A program made the translations under genes and the position numbers. This document shows positions 42,283-51,935 of a DNA stretch of 64,000 bases, piece after piece. Under the pieces are notes generated by a model. The model was not told the DNA's origin, did not search any database, and saw only the letters and a program-made list of their open reading frames with translations. Source of the DNA: Ignavibacteriota bacterium (GTDB lineage: Bacteria > Bacteroidota > Ignavibacteria > UBA10030); assembly GCA_963727825.1 (NCBI GenBank), contig CAVSHO010000011.1, forward strand, positions 192,001 through 256,000, given 5' to 3'. Every line of letters starts with the position of its first letter. Position 1 is the first letter of the stretch.

Positions 42283-42370
42283 GTTGGAAATGAATTATAC
42301 TCCCAACCTGTGATTTCCTGCTAAAATATTGACACATTTTCTTAAGCCGGGAGGGAGTTACACTCCCGAC
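42283..42370. repeat. Two related 25-nt REP-like hairpins (42283-42307, 42346-42370)
   Basis: Minus strand GTTGGGAGTATAATTCATTTCCAAC and GTCGGGAGTGTAACTCCCTCCCGGC; another hairpin lies at 42136-42156. Confidence 0.55.
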
Positions 42371-42495
42371 TAATAATCTTCTGCTAAAGGTTGACCGGTT
42401 CTGTTCAGGAGAATACTTGTCGGTCATGCTTCATCTTTTGGTTGATCTCCCTCACAACTTTAGTTCGAACTGTGCTGTTATTTTGCTGCGATATT

Positions 42496-43323
42496 TCAAG
42501 CCGATTTGCGAGCCACAATCTCAGGATTGAATATAATTTTTTTAGGGGTACGAAGTATCTCGTTTCTTTGGTTCACAACCATATTGTATGCTGCTTTAGC
42601 CATCTCCTCCAAAGGTTGATTAACAGTAGTAAGTGTTGGTGTCGTAAGCCGTGCAATAGGTAAGTCGTCAAAGCCCACAATAGCAACATCATTGGGTATC
42701 CGCACTACGCGTTCGTTGGCTACGGTCAGCAAACCTTGTGCGCAGTTATCACCAGCTGCGCAAAAAATGGCATCCACGCTCTTTGCCAACAACCTTGACA
42801 TTACTTCAATTCCATTTTCGCGAGAGCAATTCAACACCTCAATCGCACACCCTTCCGGTATCGAAAGCCCTTTAGCTTTTAATGCATATTCAAACCCCTT
42901 GAATCTTAGTTCTGCATTGCAACTACCCTTAACCTTAGATCTGCCAGAAACAATTGCTATCTTCTTCCTACCTTTACTAATTAGATACTCCCCGGCAATA
43001 AGTCCTCCTTTATAGTTATCTATTGCGATAGTGGACACACCGTCCATTTCTTCGTTAAATAGAACTATAGGGACACTCGTAGCATTGTAGACCGAGATAG
43101 TATTGGAATCCGGCTGTATATCCATAGCGATTAGTGCAGTAGGTTTGTTTTGTTCGAGTATTTTCTTCAGGCACTCTACCTGTTTATCTGCATCGTCTGT
43201 TGCCGACCGCAATGCAATCTCTTCTGGTGTGAAGAACTTCCTGAGGTTTCGGACTATTGAAATTCGTAATGCCGATCCAAATGTTGGTGCTACAATTACA
43301 ACTTTTATTTCTTGGTTTGTCAT
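42496..43323 (-). CDS. LacI/GalR-type sugar-binding domain lacking the N-terminal HTH
   Basis: IDNYKGG..AGEYLISKGRKKIA, RFKGF, DAIFCA, IPNDVAIVGFDD, PTLTTVNQP. No HTH or signal peptide seen upstream. Confidence 0.8.
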   Translation of the reverse strand: MTNQEIKVVIVAPTFGSALRISIVRNLRKFFTPEEIALRSATDDADKQVECLKKILEQNKPTALIAMDIQPDSNTISVYNATSVPIVLFNEEMDGVSTIAIDNYKGGLIAGEYLISKGRKKIAIVSGRSKVKGSCNAELRFKGFEYALKAKGLSIPEGCAIEVLNCSRENGIEVMSRLLAKSVDAIFCAAGDNCAQGLLTVANERVVRIPNDVAIVGFDDLPIARLTTPTLTTVNQPLEEMAKAAYNMVVNQRNEILRTPKKIIFNPEIVARKSA

Positions 43324-43773
43324 CTTGAAATTCTTTTAACAACTATTAGACACAATATATTTTTTACTCTCTTACCGATTCTTCAGTGTCCAGATTTCTG
43401 ACCTCTTTGTTGGAATACCATTCTATTTTGATGTGATAAATCAGCATGTGACGTCGATGTCATCACAATTTATTAGTAAAAGGAATGCAAAAAAATGTTC
43501 CGACAACCTCTACTTCTCAAGAATCCGTAACAATGAATTAATTGTTGCTTATCATTTCGACAAACAGCCCTACTACTCTTGCAGTAAAATATCTGTTGCA
43601 AAACGAAAATATTACAACGCTATAATTTACACTGTAAATTTCTAATTGAGATTCTTTGAAGTGTTCCCCTGGTAAAAAGATAGAGCCCTGGTAAGCACTT
43701 CTTTAACCATATAAACCCTACACTTTATTTGTTTGAATTTCAAGTGGTAAAAATCGGCAATCTTCGCATCCCT

Positions 43774-45609
43774 TTAAAGCTCTTCGAATAATTTTCTTGC
43801 ACACTCGGGACATATACCGTGTGTAAACGTTGCATCAGTGTGTCGACTGATGTAACCCTCCACTTGAGTCCAAAATCCTTCATCGTCTCTTATCTTTTTA
43901 CAATTTGCACATATGGGAATAAGTCCTTGCAGAGTTTTGACGTTTTCCAAAGCAGACTTAAGTTCTTGAATTAATTTCTCACGCTCTTTTTCTACCAGCC
44001 TGCGCGCCATCACGTCCCGCAAGATGCCTTCATGGTAAAGCACATTTCCGTGTTCATCAACGACGAGACGTCCATGATCTTCTACCCAAACCTCTGAGCC
44101 ATCCTTTTTTCTGAGTCGATACACTGCCATTTCTTCAAGTTTTTCCTCTAACGCTATGCTTTCACGATCTCCGAGGTCAAAATACAATTGTTTTTTTATA
44201 TTGATTGCCATTAATTCTTCTTTACTGTCGTAGCCAAGAATTTTTACCATAGCTGGATTGACTTCGAGGAATTTCCCTTCGTGACTGCTTCGATAGACAC
44301 CGTCCTGCATAGTATCAATCAAATGACGGTAACGTTCTTCGCTTTCGCGTAACGCCTCTTCGGTACGCTTGCGCTGAGTGATATCGTGAGCAACCCCCTG
44401 CAGACCGACTACTTTTCCTTTCCGCATTATAGGATATTCATATGCTTCTAGCAAGATTCGATTTCCATTTGCATGAAGAACTTCCAAAAGGATTGGCTCT
44501 TTAGTGAATTCTCCACGAAGATGTTCACGCGTTTTCTCTTTTGCAACTTGGTTAAATTCGGCTGCAGTGATAAACCAATCCTTTCTCTTTATCCAAATAT
44601 CGGCTTTGTATCCTGTTATTTGCTCAACTGTTGGAGATACGTATGTAGTATTTGCATTGACATCCTGTGTATAGAAAAAAAGATGCGGTGTTCCCTCAAC
44701 TATTGCCCTCATCTGTTCTTCACTTTTACGTAAGGCATCTTCGACTTGGTTTTGCCCAGTTATATCACGAGCAACACCTACCATTGCGATGACCTTACCA
44801 TTATCGTCTTTCACAGCCGAGGTCCAAAGCTCAATCGGAAACTCGCTGCCGTCTTTCCGGAGGTTGAGGAGTTTGCCACTCCATCCCCCCATAGATGTTG
44901 CCGTTAGAATCCGGCTTCCTATCTCCAATGAAGTCTTTGCCGAACGAACAATCGAAATCGGTTGGCCCGACAACTCTTCACGTGTATATCCGTATGTTTT
45001 CAGGAATGCTTCATTCACGAAAATAATCTTGTCTTCGAGATTGGTAATCGAAACACAATCCTGCGTCGACTCTATTGCTTCTGCAAGCAATATATTTTCT
45101 TGTTCCGCTTTTTTACGCACCGTAACATTCCGGAAACTCCAGACTCTGCCTACTGATTTACCATCGACTCTTTGTGCTTGAGAGTAACGCTCAAAGATTT
45201 TTCCATCCTTGAATTCCAATACATCGAAGCTGCTTTCATCCGGATGGGAATAGAGCTCTCTTACTTTCGAGATGAAGTTTTTAGGGCCTTTTAATTGTTC
45301 CAGGACATAGCTCAATGCAAGATCGTCGCTCCGACTTGCAAGAACATCGGCGGGAATTCTCCACATCTTCGCAAACTGCTTGTTATAGCTTGTTATCTTT
45401 CCTGATCTGTCAACGACAAGAATTCCATCGGCAGTGGATTCCAATGTTGCTTGCAAAAGTGATACCGATTCCTTCAGCGTTCCTTCCGCCTGCTTGCTCA
45501 ATTTTGAGGCCGGCTTTTTTGAAAGTTTAATTGACCGCTTTACTCGAGGATTTTTCTTAAGCATAGTATTGCTCCCAAAATCATCTGAATCCTTGCAAGT
45601 ATTCCCCAA
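43774..45609 (-). CDS. Multi-PAS (4 domains) sensor protein with C-terminal Cys/His domain; no kinase or GGDEF output (likely start 45564)
   Basis: LESTADGILVVD...GRVWSFR, RKDGSEFPIE...ARDIT, AHDIT, KKDGSEVWVE, C-terminal IPICANCKKIRDDEGFW...FTHGICPEC. Confidence 0.85.
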   Translation of the reverse strand: MGNTCKDSDDFGSNTMLKKNPRVKRSIKLSKKPASKLSKQAEGTLKESVSLLQATLESTADGILVVDRSGKITSYNKQFAKMWRIPADVLASRSDDLALSYVLEQLKGPKNFISKVRELYSHPDESSFDVLEFKDGKIFERYSQAQRVDGKSVGRVWSFRNVTVRKKAEQENILLAEAIESTQDCVSITNLEDKIIFVNEAFLKTYGYTREELSGQPISIVRSAKTSLEIGSRILTATSMGGWSGKLLNLRKDGSEFPIELWTSAVKDDNGKVIAMVGVARDITGQNQVEDALRKSEEQMRAIVEGTPHLFFYTQDVNANTTYVSPTVEQITGYKADIWIKRKDWFITAAEFNQVAKEKTREHLRGEFTKEPILLEVLHANGNRILLEAYEYPIMRKGKVVGLQGVAHDITQRKRTEEALRESEERYRHLIDTMQDGVYRSSHEGKFLEVNPAMVKILGYDSKEELMAINIKKQLYFDLGDRESIALEEKLEEMAVYRLRKKDGSEVWVEDHGRLVVDEHGNVLYHEGILRDVMARRLVEKEREKLIQELKSALENVKTLQGLIPICANCKKIRDDEGFWTQVEGYISRHTDATFTHGICPECARKLFEEL

Positions 45610-45840
45610 GAATACAAGATAGTCACGATAGTAGAAATAATTGGACGATGATAATAATTTTACAATTAATTATCATTAATATCAATTAGAAAAACCGTCA
45701 AGCTATCGCAGCTTTCTAATCTTATCTAATTCGAGCAATGAACAAGCTTGCGTAAATAAACTTCTCACAGCACAATCTATCTGCATCTTGCATCTCCCTG
45801 CCTTTCTGTGTAGATTATCGCTGAAATTATAGGAATTTTT

Positions 45841-47193
45841 ATGGCATTGATTGTAAGTATTTCTGGAATTCGCGGCGTAGTCGGTGAAACTCTGACTCCC
45901 GAAACAATTGTTAAATATGCATCTGCATATGCTGAGTTTTGCAATCGCGGTCATATTATTATTGGCAGAGATGGCCGCATTACTGGCAAAAATGTTTTAG
46001 ATATCGTGGTTTCTACACTTCGGCAAATGGGCTGCAATGTTACAGATTTAGGTATCTGCCCGACACCGACTGTCGCTCTTGCTATTGAGAAACTGAAAGC
46101 CGCAGGCGGTATTTCAATTACTGCAAGTCATAATCCTATGATGTGGAATGGATTAAAATTCTTCTCACAAACCGGCTTGTTTTTAGATGCAGATGAAAAT
46201 CTGAAGTTCTGGCAACTTGCCAAACATCTTGCAAAATATGTTCCGTGGGATAAGCAAGGCAATTACACACTTAACGAAGAATTCCTAAATGAACATATGC
46301 ATCAGGTGCTTTCTCTTTCCTATATCGACAGTAAAAAGATTCGCGCTCGCAAATTCAAAGTTGTGCTGGATTGTGTCAATGCTGCCGGCGGAATTATCGT
46401 TCTGCGTTTGCTGGAAAAACTCGGCTGTAAAGTTACCCCTCTTTATTGTGAATTGACCGGTATTTTTGGGCATACACCTGAACCAATTCCTGAAAACCTT
46501 ACTGCGCTTTGTACAAAGGTACGTGAAGCAAAAGCAGATATCGGAATTGCTGTCGACCCTGATGTCGACCGTCTTGTTCTTATCAACGAGAAAGGCGAGC
46601 CGTTTGTTGAAGAATACACAATTGCAACTTGCATCGACTTTGTTTTGAAAAAGGATAAATTGAATAATCCAAAAGTTGTGGTGAATCTTTCGACAACAAG
46701 GGCAGTCGATGATATAGTAAACCGCTATAAAGGAACAACATATCGCACCGCCGTTGGCGAAATCAATGTTGCGAAAAAGATGAAGGAAATCGGGGCAACT
46801 ATTGGAGGTGAAGGAAGCGGCGGTGTAATTCTTCCGAAAGTTCATATAGGTCGCGACGCTATTGTCGGCATCGGACTTGTTCTTCAATGTCTGATGGAAT
46901 TCGGCGGTACAATGTCGGAACTGAAAGCTACGATGCCACAATATTTAATTACAAAAGGGAAAATAGAACTCGGCAATTTGAATGCCAAAGGAATTTTGGA
47001 GCACATACGCGAAAAATATTCTTCTTCTGGAATTATAAACAGCGATGATGGATTAAAGATTGATTTCCCGGAATCTTGGGTACATCTCCGCAAATCAAAT
47101 ACCGAACCGATTATTCGCATCATCGCAGAAGCGCGTACGAAAACTGAGGCAGACGAGCTAGTGAAGATATTTACGAAGGAGATACTCGCGTAG
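45841..47193 (+). CDS. glmM: Phosphoglucosamine mutase / phosphohexomutase
   Basis: SISGIRG, TASHNP, DPDVDR, GGEGSGG, RKSNTEPIIR. Confidence 0.85.
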   Translation: MALIVSISGIRGVVGETLTPETIVKYASAYAEFCNRGHIIIGRDGRITGKNVLDIVVSTLRQMGCNVTDLGICPTPTVALAIEKLKAAGGISITASHNPMMWNGLKFFSQTGLFLDADENLKFWQLAKHLAKYVPWDKQGNYTLNEEFLNEHMHQVLSLSYIDSKKIRARKFKVVLDCVNAAGGIIVLRLLEKLGCKVTPLYCELTGIFGHTPEPIPENLTALCTKVREAKADIGIAVDPDVDRLVLINEKGEPFVEEYTIATCIDFVLKKDKLNNPKVVVNLSTTRAVDDIVNRYKGTTYRTAVGEINVAKKMKEIGATIGGEGSGGVILPKVHIGRDAIVGIGLVLQCLMEFGGTMSELKATMPQYLITKGKIELGNLNAKGILEHIREKYSSSGIINSDDGLKIDFPESWVHLRKSNTEPIIRIIAEARTKTEADELVKIFTKEILA

Positions 47194-48287
47194 TGAGATT
47201 TCTTGTTCGCATGCAAGTTCTTTTAATTTTATTATTCTCGTGCTATCCTCTCAAGTCAATAGCACAGGAAAACAATTACTACTTCTTCCATCCGGTTACT
47301 TACGGCTCGGAATCAACCTTTAATCCCATATCACTTATTGCCGATGGCGGATTCGACGAGCTCCAATCGACTTGGCGCTCATCCTCGCTGTCGGAAATCC
47401 CTTGGAAAAAAGGAGCTGAGAATGTCTGGTACAATATCATCGCTCCTTTTCCGCAAATAAATAAGTTCGGATGGAATGATTTCATCTTCCACGAAGTAAT
47501 TCCCCGGAGTTTTAAGGCAGATGATGCCCAGTACTTTCCCAACTATACATTACACCTCATAGGTGGCGGGATGCAGTACCGAAAAGCAGCAGAATGGTTC
47601 GATTACTACGGATATCCATTGCCGTTCGTTTGTGCGTTCATCACCACCATGGGATATCATTACATAAACGAAACTTTGGAGAACGGCAAATGGATGGGCC
47701 CTAATACAGATCCGATTGCTGATTTACTTATTTTCGATCCGCTCGGTATCCTGCTCTTCAGCTTCGACGGGATAAGCAAATTCTTTTCGTCCGAGGTAAG
47801 CTTAAATGATTGGAATAATCAAGCCGCATTCTCATTTTTCCCACTCGGTCTTCAAAACACCGGCCAGAATTTTATTATGAAATATCCCATCACTGCTTCC
47901 GGGAAGACCAGCTTGATGTATCATTTCGGTACTTTTGGGGAATTGGGACTTTCAATGAAAACCAACAAGGAGGATGCTATATCGATTGGGATTGGGATGT
48001 CATCGAATAGTATTCAAACAAGTTTTAATAGTAAAGGAGCACCAATTTTTACAATTACATTAGGACCGCGTGCAGGTATTTACTGGGACCGCAACAATTC
48101 ACTTATGGCATCCATTGTCGCCTCCGATAATTTTAATGGACGTCTGACGTTCAATATATATCCCGGAGTATTTTCCACAAAGTCCTTTTCACCTGGATTC
48201 TTTTTAATCGCGGACGCTAATGGTGCTTACACCATTGGAATGACAGCATCTATTCTTCCTCTTGGTATAAGCACTAATAGACCTTGA
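47193..48287 (+). CDS. Hypothetical exported/outer-membrane protein
   Basis: Signal peptide, hydrophobic helical segment (NYTLHLIGGG...TDPIADLLIFDPLG), then amphipathic beta strands. Confidence 0.6.
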   Translation: MRFLVRMQVLLILLFSCYPLKSIAQENNYYFFHPVTYGSESTFNPISLIADGGFDELQSTWRSSSLSEIPWKKGAENVWYNIIAPFPQINKFGWNDFIFHEVIPRSFKADDAQYFPNYTLHLIGGGMQYRKAAEWFDYYGYPLPFVCAFITTMGYHYINETLENGKWMGPNTDPIADLLIFDPLGILLFSFDGISKFFSSEVSLNDWNNQAAFSFFPLGLQNTGQNFIMKYPITASGKTSLMYHFGTFGELGLSMKTNKEDAISIGIGMSSNSIQTSFNSKGAPIFTITLGPRAGIYWDRNNSLMASIVASDNFNGRLTFNIYPGVFSTKSFSPGFFLIADANGAYTIGMTASILPLGISTNRP

Positions 48288-48429
48288 ATGCTGGAATTGA
48301 GACGCAAGACTAGTTTTTCATAGAGTTAAGAAATATGCTTGCATCATTGCATGAATACGAGTATTATCTTGAAAAGCATAGAGTAAATCGTAAGGCGAAT
48401 TTATTTGCATAGGGAGTTGGAGGTTAAAG

Positions 48430-48708
48430 ATGCTTCTATCCAAAGTCATCGGCACTCTTGTCGCCACACAGAAGAACCAATCTCTGCGTGAGTATAAATT
48501 ACTAATCGTTCAACCGATTGATCTCAATGGTGCATTCGTAGGGCGTGATTTAATTGCTATCGATCACGTAGATGCCGGCGTAGGCGATACCGTGATTGTA
48601 ATGCAGGAAGGTACCGGTGCACGGCAAATTTTGAAGCGGGAAGACATTCCCGTGCATTCGGTAATTGTTGCAGTAGTAGATGGGATGGATATACCGGTTA
48701 CAGAATAA
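48430..48708 (+). CDS. EutN/CcmL family bacterial microcompartment vertex (pentamer) protein
   Basis: MLLSKVIGTLVATQK...KLLIVQP...IAIDHVDAGVGDTV...G.GAR...VIVAVVD; strong SD GGAGG. Confidence 0.9.
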   Translation: MLLSKVIGTLVATQKNQSLREYKLLIVQPIDLNGAFVGRDLIAIDHVDAGVGDTVIVMQEGTGARQILKREDIPVHSVIVAVVDGMDIPVTE

Positions 48709-48720
48709 CTCTAATTTTTT

Positions 48721-49821
48721 TTGAATATGATCAACGTCCGAGAACTTCTCCGGCTTTCTTCTGTGCCGCGCATTGGTCCACAGAAAATTCGCGCCCTCGT
48801 CGCGCACTTTAAAACACCAGAAAATGTTTTACACGCTTCTGCTCGTGAGTTGATTGCTGTTCCCGGAATCGATAAAAAACTTGCTTCAAATATACTTCAT
48901 CACGCCACCGAAGAAAAGTTTGCTGATGAACAATTGAAACGATTAAACAAACTTGGTGGTAGAATCGTAACGATATGGGATAAAGAATATCCCGATCTCC
49001 TTCGTAAAATTTACGATCCGCCTGCCTTCCTTTTTATTCTTGGAAAAATAAAAGAAACTGATTCCCGTTCCCTCGCGCTTGTTGGTACACGACATCCTAC
49101 TCCTTATGGTCATTCTGTCGCAGAAAGTCTAACCCATGAAATCGCTCAACATTCTATTACTGTCATCAGCGGATTGGCGCGAGGTGTGGATACAATAGTG
49201 CATTCGACAGCGTTGAAATACGGAACCCGGACCATTGCTGTCATTGGCTCCGGGTTGGACGTCCCATACCCTCCTGAAAACAAAAAATTGATGGAACATA
49301 TTGCCGAAGAAGGTGCGGTCATTTCGGAATTTCCGATGGGCACCAAACCAGATGCGCCAAACTTTCCACGGCGTAATCGAATAATTAGCGGACTTTCCCT
49401 CGGCACTATCGTTGTCGAATCTGCTGAAGATGGCGGTGCATTGATTACCGCTACAACGGCGCTCGATCAAGATCGCGAAGTCTTTGCTGTGCCCGGTAAC
49501 ATAACAGAAAAGCGTAGCAGCGGACCGAATAAATTAATTCGCGAAGGGCGAGCCAAGCTTATTACAAACGCTCAAGATATTTTCGACGAACTGGCGTCTC
49601 AGCTACATCTTCCGTTTGATCAAAACAATATTAAATTACAAGTCGATTTAACCCCAACTGAACAGTCACTATTTCAATTCCTTTCGGACGAACCAATTCA
49701 CATTGATGCACTTTCTGAAAAAAACGAAATATCAACTTCCGATGCATTGGTAACATTGCTTTCATTAGAATTCAAAGGCATTGTTCGCCAACTTCCAGGC
49801 AAGTTGTTCGTCCGGTCCTAA
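48721..49821 (+). CDS. dprA: DNA-processing protein DprA
   Basis: YPDLLRKIYDPP, ALVGTR, ISGLARGVD, FPRRNRIISGLS, GALITA. Confidence 0.95.
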   Translation: MNMINVRELLRLSSVPRIGPQKIRALVAHFKTPENVLHASARELIAVPGIDKKLASNILHHATEEKFADEQLKRLNKLGGRIVTIWDKEYPDLLRKIYDPPAFLFILGKIKETDSRSLALVGTRHPTPYGHSVAESLTHEIAQHSITVISGLARGVDTIVHSTALKYGTRTIAVIGSGLDVPYPPENKKLMEHIAEEGAVISEFPMGTKPDAPNFPRRNRIISGLSLGTIVVESAEDGGALITATTALDQDREVFAVPGNITEKRSSGPNKLIREGRAKLITNAQDIFDELASQLHLPFDQNNIKLQVDLTPTEQSLFQFLSDEPIHIDALSEKNEISTSDALVTLLSLEFKGIVRQLPGKLFVRS

Positions 49822-49867
49822 GTTGTGTTTCTTTTCTCTCATCTGATTTTTCACTATACTATATTAA

Positions 49868-50462
49868 TTGATTGAGAGAAAAATGCTAGAGATTCGACAA
49901 ACAATCATAGACGATAATATTCCGCATATCAAATTCGCATGCAATCTTTCTGTCTGCAAGGGAGCATGCTGTACACTTGCCGGTGGCACTGGTGCGCCTT
50001 TATTGGATGACGAACTTGAACAAATTGAAAATGCATTCCCATTGGTCAAATCTTTACTTCCGAAAGAACATCTTGAATTCATCAAGCAATTCGGACTTTA
50101 TGAAGGCGAATCCGGCTTTTACACAACAATGTGCTTCAATAATCGTGCTTGCGTGTTTGTATTTTACGAAGAAGGAATTGCGCGATGCGCTTTTGAGAAA
50201 GCATTTAAAGCGGGCAAATTGAAATGGAGGAAACCAATTTCCTGCCACCTTTTTCCAATTCGAGTACGTTTCTGGCGTACAAGATCTATTGCACTATGTA
50301 CAAATTGCTGAATGTAACCCTGTAAAAGATTGCGGACAAAATGAAAATATTTTTTTGAGCAACTTCCTAAGGGAACCACTTATCCGGGCTTATGGTTTAG
50401 CTTGGTATGAAGACTTTCGACTTTTGTGCGAAGGGGAAAGAATAGACCATAAGAATGAATAA
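49868..50462 (+). CDS. DUF3109-family Cys-rich protein (apparent indel at ~50270)
   Basis: FACNLSVCKGACC...GAPL, ACVF, CAFEKA, KPISCHLFPIRV. The shifted frame continues ...ECNP...FLREPLIRAYG..WY to a stop at 50462. Confidence 0.75.
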
Positions 50463-50483
50463 GTATCTATTAAAAGCTAATAA

Positions 50484-51929
50484 ATGATCAATCTTTCGCA
50501 ACAACTTCGGCTTGGTTTAAAACTCACGCCACAACAAGTACAGTATTTAAAACTGCTCCAGTTGCCTACGCTTTCGCTTGAACAGCGAATCAAAATGGAA
50601 CTTGAACTGAATCCTATGCTTGAGTTGAATGAAGAACAGGAATTATCTCAAGAACAAGAAGAGCCAACCGAAGAAGCCGAAGATAAATCTGAAGAACCGT
50701 TAGAAGATATTCAGAATAAAGACGATTATACAATTGAAGATTATATGAATGATGACCTCTCGGGGTTTAAAAGTCCCGAGGCATATAAAGCTAATGACGA
50801 GGACGATTCGTATGAGTCGCCTCAGCAATCTACTATTCCACTTTCCGAAAAACTTATCAGCCAGCTAAAAATGTTCGTGAGTGATGATGAAGAGATTCTA
50901 CTTGGAGAAGAGATTCTTGGGAATGTAGATGAGGATGGTTATCTCCAGCGTGATTTAACTCTGATCGTCCAAGACCTGAATTTAAGTTTTGGGTTAACAC
51001 TTTCCGTTGAGAAGGCAGAAAATGTTCTTCAGAAAATACTTCTATTAGATCCACCCGGTATTACGGCAAGGAACTTACAGGAATGTCTCATCGCCCAGAT
51101 CCATGCCGGCAAGTATGAATCTTCGCTAAAAGAACTGGGAATTAGAATTCTGAAGGATTTCTTTGAAGATTTTAAACTTAAACGCTTTGATAATCTTGAA
51201 CACAATCTCAATATAAGCAGAGAAACGCTGAAGAAAGTCATCGACATAATTCAACATCTCAATCCGAAACCGGGCGAAGGTGAGTTCTCGGCACAAGAAA
51301 ATTACATCACACCCGATTTCATAGTTGAAAAGGATAATGGCGATTTCATTATCACACTCAACGATCGCAACATTCCGACATTGCGAATCAACAGCGCTTA
51401 TAAACAATTAATAGCACCAAAAGGAAAGAAAGTTTCGACAGAGACAAAAGATTTCGTCAAAAAGAAATTCGAATCAGCAAAATGGTTTATTGCCTCTATC
51501 CAGCAGCGGCATGAAACATTGATGAAAGTGATGAAAATTATTGTTGAAAGACAACGAACGTGGTTCGAAGAAGGCGAATCGCTTAAGCCGATGATCTATA
51601 AAGACATTTCTGAAGTTGTAGGAGTTGACATCTCTACAATTAGCCGTGTCGTCAATAGTAAATATGTACAAACAGAATTCGGCGTTCATTCCTTGCGTTT
51701 CTTCTTTACTTCCGGACTTGAATCCGAGAACGGCGAAGATGTTTCCAATCAAGTTGTTAAACAGCGAGTTAAGGATATTATCGCAGCGGAGCCACCGCAG
51801 AATCCGTTGAACGATGATAAAATTGCCGACATTTTGAAACAGGAAGGAATTCACATTGCCCGGCGCACGGTTGCAAAATATCGTGAACAGCTTGGACTTC
51901 CTATCGCGCGAATGCGTAGAAAGGTTTGA
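50484..51929 (+). CDS. rpoN: RNA polymerase sigma-54 factor
   Basis: Q/L-rich region I (LKLTPQQVQYLKLLQLP), STISRV HTH, RpoN box ARRTVAKYRE. Confidence 0.97.
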   Translation: MINLSQQLRLGLKLTPQQVQYLKLLQLPTLSLEQRIKMELELNPMLELNEEQELSQEQEEPTEEAEDKSEEPLEDIQNKDDYTIEDYMNDDLSGFKSPEAYKANDEDDSYESPQQSTIPLSEKLISQLKMFVSDDEEILLGEEILGNVDEDGYLQRDLTLIVQDLNLSFGLTLSVEKAENVLQKILLLDPPGITARNLQECLIAQIHAGKYESSLKELGIRILKDFFEDFKLKRFDNLEHNLNISRETLKKVIDIIQHLNPKPGEGEFSAQENYITPDFIVEKDNGDFIITLNDRNIPTLRINSAYKQLIAPKGKKVSTETKDFVKKKFESAKWFIASIQQRHETLMKVMKIIVERQRTWFEEGESLKPMIYKDISEVVGVDISTISRVVNSKYVQTEFGVHSLRFFFTSGLESENGEDVSNQVVKQRVKDIIAAEPPQNPLNDDKIADILKQEGIHIARRTVAKYREQLGLPIARMRRKV

Positions 51930-51935
51930 TTCAAT

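Noticed and set aside
42283-42370. Mini CRISPR array (25-nt repeat, 38-nt spacer)
   Set aside because: Only two divergent copies, no third unit at the same period and no cas genes; better explained as REP-like hairpins.
42197-42427. 76-aa minus-strand ORF
   Set aside because: Runs through the palindrome cluster, has no recognisable motif, and is probably a chance ORF.
43430-43470. TGTGA...TCACA CRP/FNR-like site upstream of the LacI-domain gene
   Set aside because: Half-site spacing (11 bp) does not match the 6-bp CRP spacing, and no FNR consensus is present.
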